From a virus: DNA of 64,000 nucleotides. The notes under the pieces were generated by a model that ran no database searches, was not told where the DNA came from, and saw nothing but the letters and a program-made list of their open reading frames with translations. Location of the stretch: positions 32,001 to 96,000 of IMG/VR virus record IMGVR_UViG_3300043788_000114; one strand, written 5' to 3'. Position numbers and translations under genes: made by a program. Each line of letters opens with the position of its first letter. Within the stretch, counting starts at the first letter, position 1. Shown one piece after another: positions 9,784 to 20,379 of this stretch.

Positions 9784-11328
9784 GTGGCGAGCGGAGAAGC
9801 TTGGCAAGCTGGCTGGAGTCTTGGGAGCGGAAAAGCAGAGCGAGAGATCGCTCACAAGCAAGCTCTGTCTGATGAAGAGCACGAGCAGAAAGTATCATTC
9901 ATTATCAATGAACTCTATAAGAACCAAGCAAAACTCGCTGCACTTAAGGACAAGGACGACAATCCACTTCCGGGATACGACAAGACCCTTAACGATATTC
10001 AGAATAATTTTCGCGATCTCAGAGAACTCCATGATCCCCAAAAATACCCCGGTGCCATTCAGCGCACTGGGTGGATGCTGACCGACGCACTCCATATCAC
10101 CAATCCTCAAGAGCGTATTCGGAAGGAAGGCGCGAAGAGAGCCGCTGGCGCTGCTGCTGACGAGCACTCAGCGTTGTCGTGGGCTGGGGCTGCGCCGATT
10201 GCGCCAGCACAAGAGGCGGCACAGAAATATGAGGCCGGTGTCAACGCCCAGTTATCTACCATCGACAAATCGAACATGTCGGACGAGGACAAGGAGCGGG
10301 CGAGGGCGGCAGTCTTCAAGATTTACCAGAGGCCGAACTACAAATTTCTCGATGTTCCCGGACTTGGAACGCAGATGTTCGACATGAACGATCCTGATTC
10401 GATTCCTGAAGGCGCTGTGCCGCACGTGAAGGAGACGATCACCGACGAAGAACTCTCTGAGTACAAGCAGGCGGTTGCCGGTGGATTTAAGGGAACCATC
10501 CAAGAATTTCGAGCGTCCAAGTCAGGAAAGATGACAGCAGGGCAATTACTGCAAGATTCTTATCTTGCAACTCTCGGTTTTCCTTCTGGCACACCGTGGG
10601 AGACGTTAACAAACCAGCAGCGTTCCGGTTACCAGCTTTACTTGAACGGTCTAAAGCAGCGCACGGCAAATCACCAAGCGACGATCACTGATCGCGATGG
10701 CAATGTACACGTGATTGACCTATCGAGTACATCTGGTCCGGTAGAAATGGCGCGTCCGGCAACTTCTAACCAGCCCCCAGAAGCAACCGGAGGACAGCCC
10801 GCTCCTACAACGCCGCAGGCAGTGAAAAACAAGGCTGCTTCAATCAGACCGCGCGCAACCAAGGCTGACATTGTTCTTAACTTCAAGAAGGCGACGCCAG
10901 ACTATACAAAGGCTAAGAACACCTACAATGATACAGAAAGAATTTCAAAACTTGCCGACAAATGGATTCTTCAGCCCAATTCCGAGGCTGACGCCAATTT
11001 CGTCCTTGCTTTGATCCGCAGCGAAGCAGGGCGCGTTAACCAGCAGGAAATCGGACAGATGTTCAATGCTGGAGGAATCTCAGAGGCTCCGGAAAGATGG
11101 GCAGCGAAAGCTGGTCATGGAGAACTCGCTCCCGATCTCAGAAAGCAGTTGGTTGACTTCGTTCACTTGCAGCGTGACGCAGCCAAGGAAGTAGTGGATG
11201 AGATGGATACGGGTTCCAGTGGAACGGCACCAAAGGGACCACCTACGGGAGCTTTTGGAACAGTGAATCATAACGGCAAGAACTACTACGTTGACGCGCA
11301 AGGGAATAATCTCGGGGTGGCTCCATAA
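9784..11328 (+). CDS. Putative internal virion (ejection) protein
   Basis: AGGAG SD, 514 aa, helical A/Q-rich, module position. Confidence 0.5.
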   Translation: MASGEAWQAGWSLGSGKAEREIAHKQALSDEEHEQKVSFIINELYKNQAKLAALKDKDDNPLPGYDKTLNDIQNNFRDLRELHDPQKYPGAIQRTGWMLTDALHITNPQERIRKEGAKRAAGAAADEHSALSWAGAAPIAPAQEAAQKYEAGVNAQLSTIDKSNMSDEDKERARAAVFKIYQRPNYKFLDVPGLGTQMFDMNDPDSIPEGAVPHVKETITDEELSEYKQAVAGGFKGTIQEFRASKSGKMTAGQLLQDSYLATLGFPSGTPWETLTNQQRSGYQLYLNGLKQRTANHQATITDRDGNVHVIDLSSTSGPVEMARPATSNQPPEATGGQPAPTTPQAVKNKAASIRPRATKADIVLNFKKATPDYTKAKNTYNDTERISKLADKWILQPNSEADANFVLALIRSEAGRVNQQEIGQMFNAGGISEAPERWAAKAGHGELAPDLRKQLVDFVHLQRDAAKEVVDEMDTGSSGTAPKGPPTGAFGTVNHNGKNYYVDAQGNNLGVAP

Positions 11329-13991
11329 TGGATGATAGTGTTCCTCAGAAGTTCGATCTGAAAAAAACAAAGGTGACGCCAATCGCCGATGATGCCCCTG
11401 CGAAATTCGATCTAAGCGCGACACCCGTCACCCCTATCGGCGGTGAGGATTTCACCAGAAAGATCAAGGGTAAAGAGAATGAAGGCTTGTATCGGATGCT
11501 TCCGGCATCCATGCAGGACTATACCGACACATCTAAAGAGGTCATGGTTCCGTACAGCAGAGTGAGCGACGCTCTGTCGTCAGGGAGATTTCGTCTACAT
11601 CCAGACGAAGAAGATCGCTTCAAAAAGGACAGCGAGCACGAAAATCAGGGACCAACGCTCATCGAACGAGCGAGCGCCAAGATTCAAAGCCTCCTGCAAC
11701 CATCGACCGGCAAAGTTGGAACGATGCCGATTGGGATTGTCCCCGGAGTTGACGTGAACGAGGCGAAGGCTGCTGGCCGCGTTTTCACCGCTCTCCCCGG
11801 ATTCATAAAAGATTTGGGGACTGCGTACCTGAATGTCGCTGCCGGAAATGAGCACTACACGACGTTGCTGGATCTAGTCGATCCGGGGCAGGTTCCGGTA
11901 CAGCTACAGCAGCAATTCCATGAGGACTTAAAGACTGACCCAACCGGGAAGCTCGCCGCTGACAATCTCGTCGGCACGCTAATGGGTATGGGGCTTATTG
12001 CTAAGGCTCCCGAGGCCGCTAGGTCCGGAGCTAAAAGCGCGGCAGAAGCGGCTGGAATATCTACCGGCAAACCAGTTGAAGCACTCCGCAACGAGGTAAG
12101 GGATACGCTCGGCGTGTGGGGAAACACCCGAAGCGTGATAAAGAAATTCGGCAAGGAATCGGAAGATACGCGGACGGAAAACAGAAATCAGGAGCAACAG
12201 CATTTAGAAAAAACACAGGACGCGCTTCATGCCACGCACGGCGTGGAGCTTCGTCACGAGGCGGAGGTACGTCTTTCGGAGTCGAAAGCGGCAGAGGAAA
12301 ATGCCGCAGCCGCGCAAAGGCACCTTGAGGAAACGCAAGAGGCTCTCCATAAGACTGCCGGTTCGGAAATGGAAGCGGAACGAGAAAATAGGAAAGCCAA
12401 GATTGATACTCTGAAAAAGCAACAAAAGGAAGAAAGAGAGTATCGGGCAACAGTGGAAGAGGTGAGAAAGCATAACGAAGAAGTTCTCCGAGACAGAGAT
12501 AAGCGAGTCCAAGCTCAGCAGAAACTAGATACCGCCTCCGAGGAATTGGACGACAAAATCGCCGATGCACAAAAGAAGGCCAAGGACGCCGATGACGCAG
12601 CATGGGATGCTTGGCGGGCAAAAATCGGCAATGCGCAGGTGAATTTGGACCCTGTAGCTTCGGTGATAAAAGCTCAGGAAGATAAGATGAACCCGCAGCA
12701 AGTGGCGGAGTTTCGCGACATTCTCAAGGAATCGGAGAAATCTGGATCGGGGACAGATGCTCTCAATAAGGCATCGCAGCAGGCATTTGGCGCGAATTAC
12801 GACGGCCTCACACAAAGCCAGAAGGATGTGATCGATCAAGACTTTTCTCAACGAGGCGTCAGCGTAGCACAGGGTGGCTCCGCTGATACGCCGATCTCAC
12901 GCCTCCACGGATGGAAGACGCAACTTGAGGATGCGGTGCGCTCAGATCGAGCAGGGAACATAAAGTATGCTATCGGTCAGGTTCTCGATGCAGTGCGGAA
13001 GTTAGAGGATAGTGTATCGAAGGAGGCTGGCGCTGACGATCTTCTCAAAAAGGCGCGCGCGTTGCACGGTCCCTATGTAGACACGTTCCGTAATCCACAG
13101 ACCACACCGAGCACCGCCGCTAACTATGTGAGATCGAAGGTGACTCCAAATTTCACTAAGGACACGAAACTTGAGGCGTACATCACTAGATTGGGAGGAT
13201 ACGACCCGTCAATTCCCAAAATAGTAAGCCACATCGACAACCTTCAAGATGGTTTGAAGGCTCTACCGAAGGATGCTCCTCTCCGCGAGCAGATTAAACC
13301 GTATCCACCAAAACCACAGCCGGTGCCATCGCCAACTCTCAAAACTCCTGAACGCACGCCGCTCCCGGATCGTCCTGTGCCGGTGGAACCAGCCGCAGTC
13401 AAAGAGCCAGAGAGGACAGCGCCACCGGACAGACCGGCAGAAGTTCCACGGCCAGAAGCTCCAAACCTTCAAGCGGAAAATGCGCAATTCATCGCCGACA
13501 AACTTCGCGCCTATGGAAAGTACGGACAATGGGTGGTGCGTCTTCTCTTCGGCGGTGGAATGGCTGTCTTGATGAAGGGTAAGAGTCCTGAGTTTGGGGG
13601 AGACCTTCTACTCGGATCGATTGGTGTGAACGTGCTCACGCACGCGCTCCGCGCCCCGCGTGTTCTCGACTGGCTGGCGAAGCCGAGCGCGGAAGACATG
13701 AAGATTATCGCTTCGCTCCCCCCAGAGGATGCAGCAAAACTGCGCGAGGCTCTCGGAAATCTGGCGGAGGAGGAGCGCGAGAAGGACCCAAGCGCCGCCA
13801 ATGTGAAGATCGCCCCGATCATGGCGGCATGGCTTGCTGGAGGGAAAGCTGCGCCTCAGCCTCCGAGTTTGCCAGATATGAAGAAGCAGGCAGACACGTT
13901 GAACCCGCCAGCGGCTCCCGGCCCGCAAGGATCAGCGCAGCCCTACACGCACATCTTCGACCCGACTACTGGTAACATCGTGGCAGCGTAG
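11328..13991 (+). CDS. Putative internal virion (ejection) protein, coiled-coil
   Basis: 887 aa, coupled start, long charged helices and Pro-rich linker. Confidence 0.5.
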   Translation: MDDSVPQKFDLKKTKVTPIADDAPAKFDLSATPVTPIGGEDFTRKIKGKENEGLYRMLPASMQDYTDTSKEVMVPYSRVSDALSSGRFRLHPDEEDRFKKDSEHENQGPTLIERASAKIQSLLQPSTGKVGTMPIGIVPGVDVNEAKAAGRVFTALPGFIKDLGTAYLNVAAGNEHYTTLLDLVDPGQVPVQLQQQFHEDLKTDPTGKLAADNLVGTLMGMGLIAKAPEAARSGAKSAAEAAGISTGKPVEALRNEVRDTLGVWGNTRSVIKKFGKESEDTRTENRNQEQQHLEKTQDALHATHGVELRHEAEVRLSESKAAEENAAAAQRHLEETQEALHKTAGSEMEAERENRKAKIDTLKKQQKEEREYRATVEEVRKHNEEVLRDRDKRVQAQQKLDTASEELDDKIADAQKKAKDADDAAWDAWRAKIGNAQVNLDPVASVIKAQEDKMNPQQVAEFRDILKESEKSGSGTDALNKASQQAFGANYDGLTQSQKDVIDQDFSQRGVSVAQGGSADTPISRLHGWKTQLEDAVRSDRAGNIKYAIGQVLDAVRKLEDSVSKEAGADDLLKKARALHGPYVDTFRNPQTTPSTAANYVRSKVTPNFTKDTKLEAYITRLGGYDPSIPKIVSHIDNLQDGLKALPKDAPLREQIKPYPPKPQPVPSPTLKTPERTPLPDRPVPVEPAAVKEPERTAPPDRPAEVPRPEAPNLQAENAQFIADKLRAYGKYGQWVVRLLFGGGMAVLMKGKSPEFGGDLLLGSIGVNVLTHALRAPRVLDWLAKPSAEDMKIIASLPPEDAAKLREALGNLAEEEREKDPSAANVKIAPIMAAWLAGGKAAPQPPSLPDMKKQADTLNPPAAPGPQGSAQPYTHIFDPTTGNIVAA

Positions 13992-13993
13992 CC

Positions 13994-16777
13994 ATGCCCG
14001 ACCCTCAGCACAAACTCGTCAAGGTAGACGACTCGATCATCAAGTTTCCGGGTGACATGCCCGACGCTGATGTGGCTGCGGTCATCAAGAAATTTACTTC
14101 CTCTCCGGACTACAAAAAGCAGACACACACCAAAAACCAGATGCCATCGGGGATCGCGACGGAGGAGTCTGAGCACAAAAGACTCACCGGCAATGTTCCG
14201 ACCGTCACGCCGGACTGGAACACGGTGCGTCGGGCCGTCTACAAGGCCACAGAGCCCACTCTCCAGAACCCGAATACCAAGCCGGTCGACAACAGCGTAA
14301 AAGCGAACGTGGACGCCGCGTGGAACGCTGGAGCGAACGCAGCGAACGTGGGAGGAAACATCGCCAAGCGCGCGGGGCGCGTGATCTTTGGCGCGGTGGA
14401 CATGGCTCCGCAGATGTTCTCGATCCTGTCGAAGCTGGGATCGCCGGACGACAAGGTTTCACAGCAGGCCGAGACGGACTTGCTCAACTTCCATCCGGGC
14501 GCACAGATCGCGGACCGGCTGAAAGAGGCTGTCCACGACTGGCGGAAGTCGAAGAGCCTTGCGGCAGAGAACGCGTTGGGGGATGTGCTTGGATTCTTCC
14601 TGCTCGACAAAGCAGGAAAGGTTCTGCCGGAAGAGAGGATCAAACAACTCAACGCGGAAGGCGTGGTGCTTCCTCCGGAGGCAAAGCCAAAAGCTCCAGC
14701 ATCGATGCCGGGACAGCCACCGACGATTGAGGGAACATTTGAGCGCGCCACGCCGAAGCAGGTTGTGCCGGTCGAAGCGGCTGCGAAGCAGACCAGAAAC
14801 ACGCCGCCCAATCTGGAGGATGTGAAGGCGGCGGCGGAGAAACTCAAGCTGCCTGAGACGAATCCTCCAGCCGCGCCGCCGTCACTCGCCGACATCAAAG
14901 CCAAGGCAGAAGCGGTAAAGGCATCCAAGCCGGAGATCGCGCCGAAGCCTGCACCGCAGCCAGTAGCGACTCAACCTGTCGCAGCGCCGCCCAAAGTCGA
15001 AACTCCCGCACCGCAACCATCCACTGCTGTTCCTCCAGAACCGCCGAAAGCCGAAGCACCGCCAGCGCCAAAAGAGGAGCCTAAAACTACCAAGTACAAA
15101 TACGGCAACACACAAGCCGACATCCCGCAAGACTCCGACGCAGGTAAAGCTCTCGCGACCGCCCGCACCCAGATCGACAAGAACGACCTGATGCCGTCAA
15201 CTAACACGACAGATGGAAGCGGTCTCGAAGAGAACGCGCACATCACTGTGCGCTATGGAATCGACGGCGAGGACACGGCAGGGATCAAAGCGTATTTGGA
15301 AAAGCAGGCACCGTTTGAGGCCACATTGGGCAAGACGACTGCCTTCCCGCCAAGCGAGCACAGCGACGGTGGAGCGCCTATCGTTGTGAACATCGAATCA
15401 CCAGAACTGCACAGGATGGAGAAGGAGATCGATGAGCACGGCAACTTTGTTGACCGTTCGTTCCCGGAGTACAAGCCACACGTCACCTTGGGATATGTGA
15501 AGCCGGAGGCTGCGCAAAAGTATGTGGGCATGAACGGGATGGAAGGGAAAAAGTTCACCGTCAACTCCGTCTCGATCAGCAACAAAGATGGGTCTATCGA
15601 GGAAGTGCCGCTCAAGGGCACGCAAACACTGGAAAATGCGGACCTCAAGCAGGTGTACAAAGCACCCCCAGCGAGCGACATCCAACTTGCCGATGCGTGG
15701 AGGAGACTGGGAGATGTAAAGAACCAACTGGCTCAACTACCCCGCCCATACGATCCAAAACCGGACGCCACGCCGGAGCAGATCGAAAAGTGGAAAGCGG
15801 ATTACAAATCGTGGGCGGAGAAAGCGGAACCGTGGCTCCAGCAGTACACCCAAGCCACTCAGCAGATTGAGGACTTGAAGAACAGAGGTATCGGAGAAAT
15901 CCGGCTACTGCCGGACAAGTCCAGAATCCTTTACCTGAACCGCGCAGGATTGAACACGCTCTACACCGGCATGGCAGGAGAAGCGCGACCGGGCTACACG
16001 CTGAGCGGCGTGAGTCTTGACCCGCACACCGTGAAGTCGATCATCGGCAACCTGATGATCCTCAAACCACCACTGCACGAGGAATTGACGGACCTGATGC
16101 TTCGTGGGATGGACAAGAAAGGTGTAGTGATCGCCGCGATCCCGCGCAAGGGCGACTCGATCCGTGAAGCGGTCTCCACGTTGCGCGAAGAATTGAATCA
16201 TGGCTGGCAGAACACCGTCGCTGACCAGATGGGGAATCATCTTCCCAAGGAAAAGTTTGCGGAGTTGAACGAGGTGATTCCGGAGGGGATGAAGAGCCAT
16301 CTCAGGATCAACTACCCGGAGATTACCGACGACGGCAGCGAGTTGATGAATCGCAGGCGGGTGCGCGAGGCAAGTGCTAAGATGCTATCCGAGGCTCCGC
16401 AAAAGCTCGGGATCACAGAAGACGAAGCTGCCGCGTATCTGTTCCAGTATTTCACCGCGCTCGAAGAACAGCACGGGGAAAAAGCTCTGGACAAATTGCT
16501 CCACATCACCGTACTCGCAAAGGAGATCAAGGATGACTACTTCCGAGCAATCGACCGAGACACCGGAAAGCAAGCAGGTGGAAGAGGTGTGGGAAGCCTT
16601 CAAGACGAAGGGCCTCGCGGGGCTCCGGGAACTGATGCACAAGCGGGACGAGGAGTACCAGAAGGCGAAGGAGCAGCCGCAAAGCAAGTGAAAGTTAAGG
16701 ACCCGGAAGGTTACATCCACATCTTCCCGGATGAGAAGTCGGCATCGGCCTTTCGTGAGGCTGCGGGGATCAAATGA
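13994..16777 (+). CDS. Polyvalent virion-associated protein with 2H phosphoesterase (Acb1-like) domain
   Basis: Two HxT motifs, AHITVRYG (about 15239) and YKPHVTLGY (about 15479); degenerate zincin-like EELNH segment later. Confidence 0.7.
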   Translation: MPDPQHKLVKVDDSIIKFPGDMPDADVAAVIKKFTSSPDYKKQTHTKNQMPSGIATEESEHKRLTGNVPTVTPDWNTVRRAVYKATEPTLQNPNTKPVDNSVKANVDAAWNAGANAANVGGNIAKRAGRVIFGAVDMAPQMFSILSKLGSPDDKVSQQAETDLLNFHPGAQIADRLKEAVHDWRKSKSLAAENALGDVLGFFLLDKAGKVLPEERIKQLNAEGVVLPPEAKPKAPASMPGQPPTIEGTFERATPKQVVPVEAAAKQTRNTPPNLEDVKAAAEKLKLPETNPPAAPPSLADIKAKAEAVKASKPEIAPKPAPQPVATQPVAAPPKVETPAPQPSTAVPPEPPKAEAPPAPKEEPKTTKYKYGNTQADIPQDSDAGKALATARTQIDKNDLMPSTNTTDGSGLEENAHITVRYGIDGEDTAGIKAYLEKQAPFEATLGKTTAFPPSEHSDGGAPIVVNIESPELHRMEKEIDEHGNFVDRSFPEYKPHVTLGYVKPEAAQKYVGMNGMEGKKFTVNSVSISNKDGSIEEVPLKGTQTLENADLKQVYKAPPASDIQLADAWRRLGDVKNQLAQLPRPYDPKPDATPEQIEKWKADYKSWAEKAEPWLQQYTQATQQIEDLKNRGIGEIRLLPDKSRILYLNRAGLNTLYTGMAGEARPGYTLSGVSLDPHTVKSIIGNLMILKPPLHEELTDLMLRGMDKKGVVIAAIPRKGDSIREAVSTLREELNHGWQNTVADQMGNHLPKEKFAELNEVIPEGMKSHLRINYPEITDDGSELMNRRRVREASAKMLSEAPQKLGITEDEAAAYLFQYFTALEEQHGEKALDKLLHITVLAKEIKDDYFRAIDRDTGKQAGGRGVGSLQDEGPRGAPGTDAQAGRGVPEGEGAAAKQVKVKDPEGYIHIFPDEKSASAFREAAGIK

Positions 16778-18153
16778 GCACTGCGCCAATCGATTACAAA
16801 GCACTCGCCAAAACTCACGGCGCTATATCCAGCGTTCATGAGAGTGACATGCCAGATTACTCGGAAGTTCCTGAGTTCCTCAAAGAAAACCTCGACATGA
16901 GCAGGGTTCAGCAAGTAGTTACTCCGCCCAAGACAGAAGAAGATAAAAAATGGACGGCACAAGTCAATAAGAGTGATCCTTACAAAATCGAAGTTTTGGC
17001 TGACGATCTTTACGGACCTCCAATCCTAAACCATGAATTGACTCACACATTCCAATTCACACGCAACAAAGATATTGGTAAGGTATCTTCTCCGATTCAA
17101 GGCAATGGATTGTCGATCTACAATTACGGCGGAGTCCAAGGACTTCAAGATGCAAGAACGCATGGAAAGACGATCTCAGATTTTAATTCTGAGCAGCAAG
17201 CGGAAATGGTTAAGGACTACAAGTTTTACCACGATCAATATCTGAAAAAGGCTGCCGAGGGAAAGATCACGGCGGAAGACGAAAAGAAGATGTATGAGCT
17301 TCAGCAGGCATACCATCCTTTCATTCAACAACTGGCGGCAATGCCGGGGGTGAACGAGAAGATCGACAGGAACGCACTGTTGGAACTCGTAGGGCTCCAG
17401 AAGCCAGTGGCGATCAATACCAAGCCTGAGCCGCCCGGACTACCGGCCTACAATACGCCGGGGCTGGGAATGCTGCCAGCCGATCCATTGATGGGAGGCA
17501 AATCACAGCCGACGCCGACTCCGAAAGTGCCAATGGACCCACGTCTAGCCGCTGTCCAGAAGCAGTTCCCGCGTCTTGCTCCGTATCTTTCGAAGGTGAT
17601 GATCCAGCAAGGGAAGAAGACGAATCCAAACGATGATCGCGGCCTAGAATTCTATCCTCCATGGGAGAGTGAGAATCCTAATCCGGGGAAGATTACGCTT
17701 GAGCTATTCGATAGGCTCCAAGGTCCGACGCTTACCACCGCGCTCGGAGGAGACCTGCTGCATTATCTTGGTGGAGTCGATCCTAAAAGCGGCAAGCCTG
17801 TAGACCCCGAGTATTATGCGATGAAGCAGGCAGTTCTCAAGGCGAGAACTCCTCAGCAGCAGGCGATGGACCAGAGGGAATACGCTAATGCAGTGAAGAA
17901 TGAAGGAGAGAAACGTCCTTTCGCGCAATGGCTTCAGCAATCCCGGATCGATGCTTACATTCGTGGATACGTGACTCCGGAATTAGGAGGAAAATATCCT
18001 GACGAGTGGAGAAAGCAGGGGCAGTACAAGTCCCCGGCGATGCTCAAAGCTGTGGAAGCAATCCGCCAATACGTGACGACAGCGCCGCAATATCCGACAC
18101 TTGAGCAAATAAAAGCAAAAGCTGCGCAACTGAGGCCTGTGGGAGTAAAGTAG
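16774..18153 (+). CDS. Polyvalent protein with zincin metallopeptidase motif
   Basis: ILNHELTHTFQ (HExxH) and downstream EQQAE. Confidence 0.6.
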   Translation: MSTAPIDYKALAKTHGAISSVHESDMPDYSEVPEFLKENLDMSRVQQVVTPPKTEEDKKWTAQVNKSDPYKIEVLADDLYGPPILNHELTHTFQFTRNKDIGKVSSPIQGNGLSIYNYGGVQGLQDARTHGKTISDFNSEQQAEMVKDYKFYHDQYLKKAAEGKITAEDEKKMYELQQAYHPFIQQLAAMPGVNEKIDRNALLELVGLQKPVAINTKPEPPGLPAYNTPGLGMLPADPLMGGKSQPTPTPKVPMDPRLAAVQKQFPRLAPYLSKVMIQQGKKTNPNDDRGLEFYPPWESENPNPGKITLELFDRLQGPTLTTALGGDLLHYLGGVDPKSGKPVDPEYYAMKQAVLKARTPQQQAMDQREYANAVKNEGEKRPFAQWLQQSRIDAYIRGYVTPELGGKYPDEWRKQGQYKSPAMLKAVEAIRQYVTTAPQYPTLEQIKAKAAQLRPVGVK

Positions 18154-18157
18154 CGCC

Positions 18158-18379
18158 ATGCTGATTCAAATTCTGGACGAGCTTTGGTTGGACATCTGGA
18201 GCGTCACCGCGATCAAGAAGATCGACGAAAAATCCTGCACGCTCTGGGTAACCGGCCAAGGCGCGATGGATGGCCTCGTACTGGACTACCCGGCAGAAGA
18301 AGTCGCGCAGGCAATCAACGACGAGCGAGAAAAAGGCGACGAGGAGCCGGAGCCTGAGGACGAAGAGCCAGAAGAATGA
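18158..18379 (+). CDS. Small acidic hypothetical protein
   Basis: 73-aa ORF coupled to the next gene by ATGA. Confidence 0.55.
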   Translation: MLIQILDELWLDIWSVTAIKKIDEKSCTLWVTGQGAMDGLVLDYPAEEVAQAINDEREKGDEEPEPEDEEPEE

Positions 18380-19293
18380 CATCCCCTGAACTTTTGACAC
18401 ACTTTGAGCACTGCCGATTAGACGGCTGGTGGAGCAGGAATTGGGAACTTCGGAAACTTCAGCCTAATGAGATGTTGCAAGAAGGTCTGAAAGTTGGCCT
18501 CACCTCCAGCCGGTCCGATTTTGGCCAACATGCCGGTGAGCACTGCTATACCCTCGGTGCCGATCCCGGACTCGAATCCAAAGAATACGATTTACACGCT
18601 CAAACGGTCCACATCGCTGCTCTGGCGGACGTGATTTCTCATGCCGTGCGCCGCGCCACAGAGCCGCCATGGAGCGTAGCGGAGCCGGTTAGGCTAGGAG
18701 ATGGCCCATACTGGCATCCAGCGGCCTTCCTAAGCCCTACTGGCGATTTTCTGAGACGCGTGGTGCTAGTTACCGCATGGAACGACGACCGGCATTACCA
18801 CGAGGCGAGGAGCTTCTTTTCACTCGGCGAAGTGTGCGTCTACGGTCTCCCTCTACAAGAGGCCGTAATCGTTTTGGGGGCCAGCAGAGATGGCAAACGC
18901 CACGGCCCACTCTCAAAAGGAATCCTCCACCCCAGAAGCAAGCAACTGCGCTTCCGAAAAAAGAACGACGTGAAGGTGCCATTCAAGGACTCTTGGGTCC
19001 CGATCTGGAGAGAGGATCGCGACGAAATCAGCACGCATGATTGGCTTCAGGCGATGCACGATGACGGAATTTTGGCCGACCATTGTTTCAGTGTGACCGT
19101 TCCAGTTCCAGAGCGGCAGGCGAGGCAGAAGATCGTCGATCTTATCGGAAGGAAACTCGATACTTTGATGGAAATGAGGGAGCAACCGGAAGGTTGTCTT
19201 TCAGTCTGCGACTGGCCCCCCTGCGCACATCGAGGGCACTGTCATTCCGGGAACCAGCCGAGTGGAAAGTATGGGTTCGTGCAGATCGGTTAA
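18376..19293 (+). CDS. Putative PD-(D/E)XK/Cas4-like nuclease (divergent)
   Basis: N-terminal SPE..F.HC and C-terminal CxxC/CxxxxxC cluster like RecB/Cas4-family proteins. Confidence 0.4.
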   Translation: MTSPELLTHFEHCRLDGWWSRNWELRKLQPNEMLQEGLKVGLTSSRSDFGQHAGEHCYTLGADPGLESKEYDLHAQTVHIAALADVISHAVRRATEPPWSVAEPVRLGDGPYWHPAAFLSPTGDFLRRVVLVTAWNDDRHYHEARSFFSLGEVCVYGLPLQEAVIVLGASRDGKRHGPLSKGILHPRSKQLRFRKKNDVKVPFKDSWVPIWREDRDEISTHDWLQAMHDDGILADHCFSVTVPVPERQARQKIVDLIGRKLDTLMEMREQPEGCLSVCDWPPCAHRGHCHSGNQPSGKYGFVQIG

Positions 19294-19508
19294 GCCAGCG
19301 GCTTGTCTCCCGGCCTGACCATCTTCGTCGCGTCAAGCACCGTTCTAGCGCCGCCATTGCGCCGCGACAGGACATCATCCAACGCGAGGTAAACAATCTT
19401 CCACATGCGCCGCACGGACTCGGATGCCTGCGTTTCCCTGCGTAACTCAAGTCGATACTGATCGCGCAGTTCCTCGACCTCTTTGTCGGTAGCGTCCGTC
19501 AGTTTCAT
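19290..19508 (-). CDS. Hypothetical protein
   Basis: Coupled ORF ending the minus-strand operon. Confidence 0.5.
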   Translation of the reverse strand: MKLTDATDKEVEELRDQYRLELRRETQASESVRRMWKIVYLALDDVLSRRNGGARTVLDATKMVRPGDKPLA

Positions 19509-19999
19509 GCTTCAACCTTCGCTGAGCGCTTTCTTATACCCTCAAGCGCTTTGTGGCAGTCCGTCTCATGGTCACAGTAGACGCAGCGACCGTTACCCCC
19601 AGCAACGAATTCCGCGCACGGCCCCAGATTTCCGGGATAAGTTGGACATTTGCACTCCGGATTATAAAATCGCTCCGTAGAGGTTGTTTGGCAAACACCC
19701 TGTGCTTCACCGGGATTTAGGGTGGTTGGATGCTTGGGAATGCACGGCATGTAGAAACTGATAGGATCGTCCATCCTCCCAGCAGCCGTTATAGCTATGG
19801 CGCATTTACATTCCTCGCAGGTCACCATCCAATAACCGCATTCTGGAGCCGGATAAGGAAGCTCCACATAGCATTGCCTCTGGCCAAACGGTAGCTTCGG
19901 CATCGCCTTTCCATGTGGATAATCTGGATCGGGAGCGCATTGCGCCTTTCCGCGTCCCGATGGCTGGAAAACGATCTTATGTTTACTCTCGTCGCTCAT
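19505..19999 (-). CDS. Cys-rich hypothetical protein
   Basis: Multiple CxxC; ATGA overlaps. Confidence 0.55.
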   Translation of the reverse strand: MSDESKHKIVFQPSGRGKAQCAPDPDYPHGKAMPKLPFGQRQCYVELPYPAPECGYWMVTCEECKCAIAITAAGRMDDPISFYMPCIPKHPTTLNPGEAQGVCQTTSTERFYNPECKCPTYPGNLGPCAEFVAGGNGRCVYCDHETDCHKALEGIRKRSAKVEA

Positions 20000-20379
20000 T
20001 TTTCCTCTCCCGGTATTGGCGTGTTGGGGTAGCGCCGCTTGGCCTCTTCGACGCTCATTTCCTGTGTGAACTCGATTTCGCTCGGGACATCCTGCTGCGG
20101 CAATGGATCGTGAACCTGAAATTCGATCTTTGCCTTTTCTTGGGGCTCGAAGAAATACTTCCCTGCCACATCGGCACAGGATTCCATCGCCTTGTACGCC
20201 TGCTTTGCGTCTTTGGTGTTCATCATGTCGAGATGGATGTGGAGATCGCGAGCGAAGAGCGCGCGGTGCATCGTCAGTAGCGCAACTCTGGCGTAGTCCT
20301 CCGGTGTTGGCGGAGCGCCGCGATGCGCACCGGTCTCGTCCACGTAGCCTCCGGGCAGTAATCGGTAGCGGTAGGTCAT
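19996..20379 (-). CDS. Hypothetical protein
   Basis: GGAGG SD and ATGA overlap place start at 20379. Confidence 0.55.
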   Translation of the reverse strand: MTYRYRLLPGGYVDETGAHRGAPPTPEDYARVALLTMHRALFARDLHIHLDMMNTKDAKQAYKAMESCADVAGKYFFEPQEKAKIEFQVHDPLPQQDVPSEIEFTQEMSVEEAKRRYPNTPIPGEEK

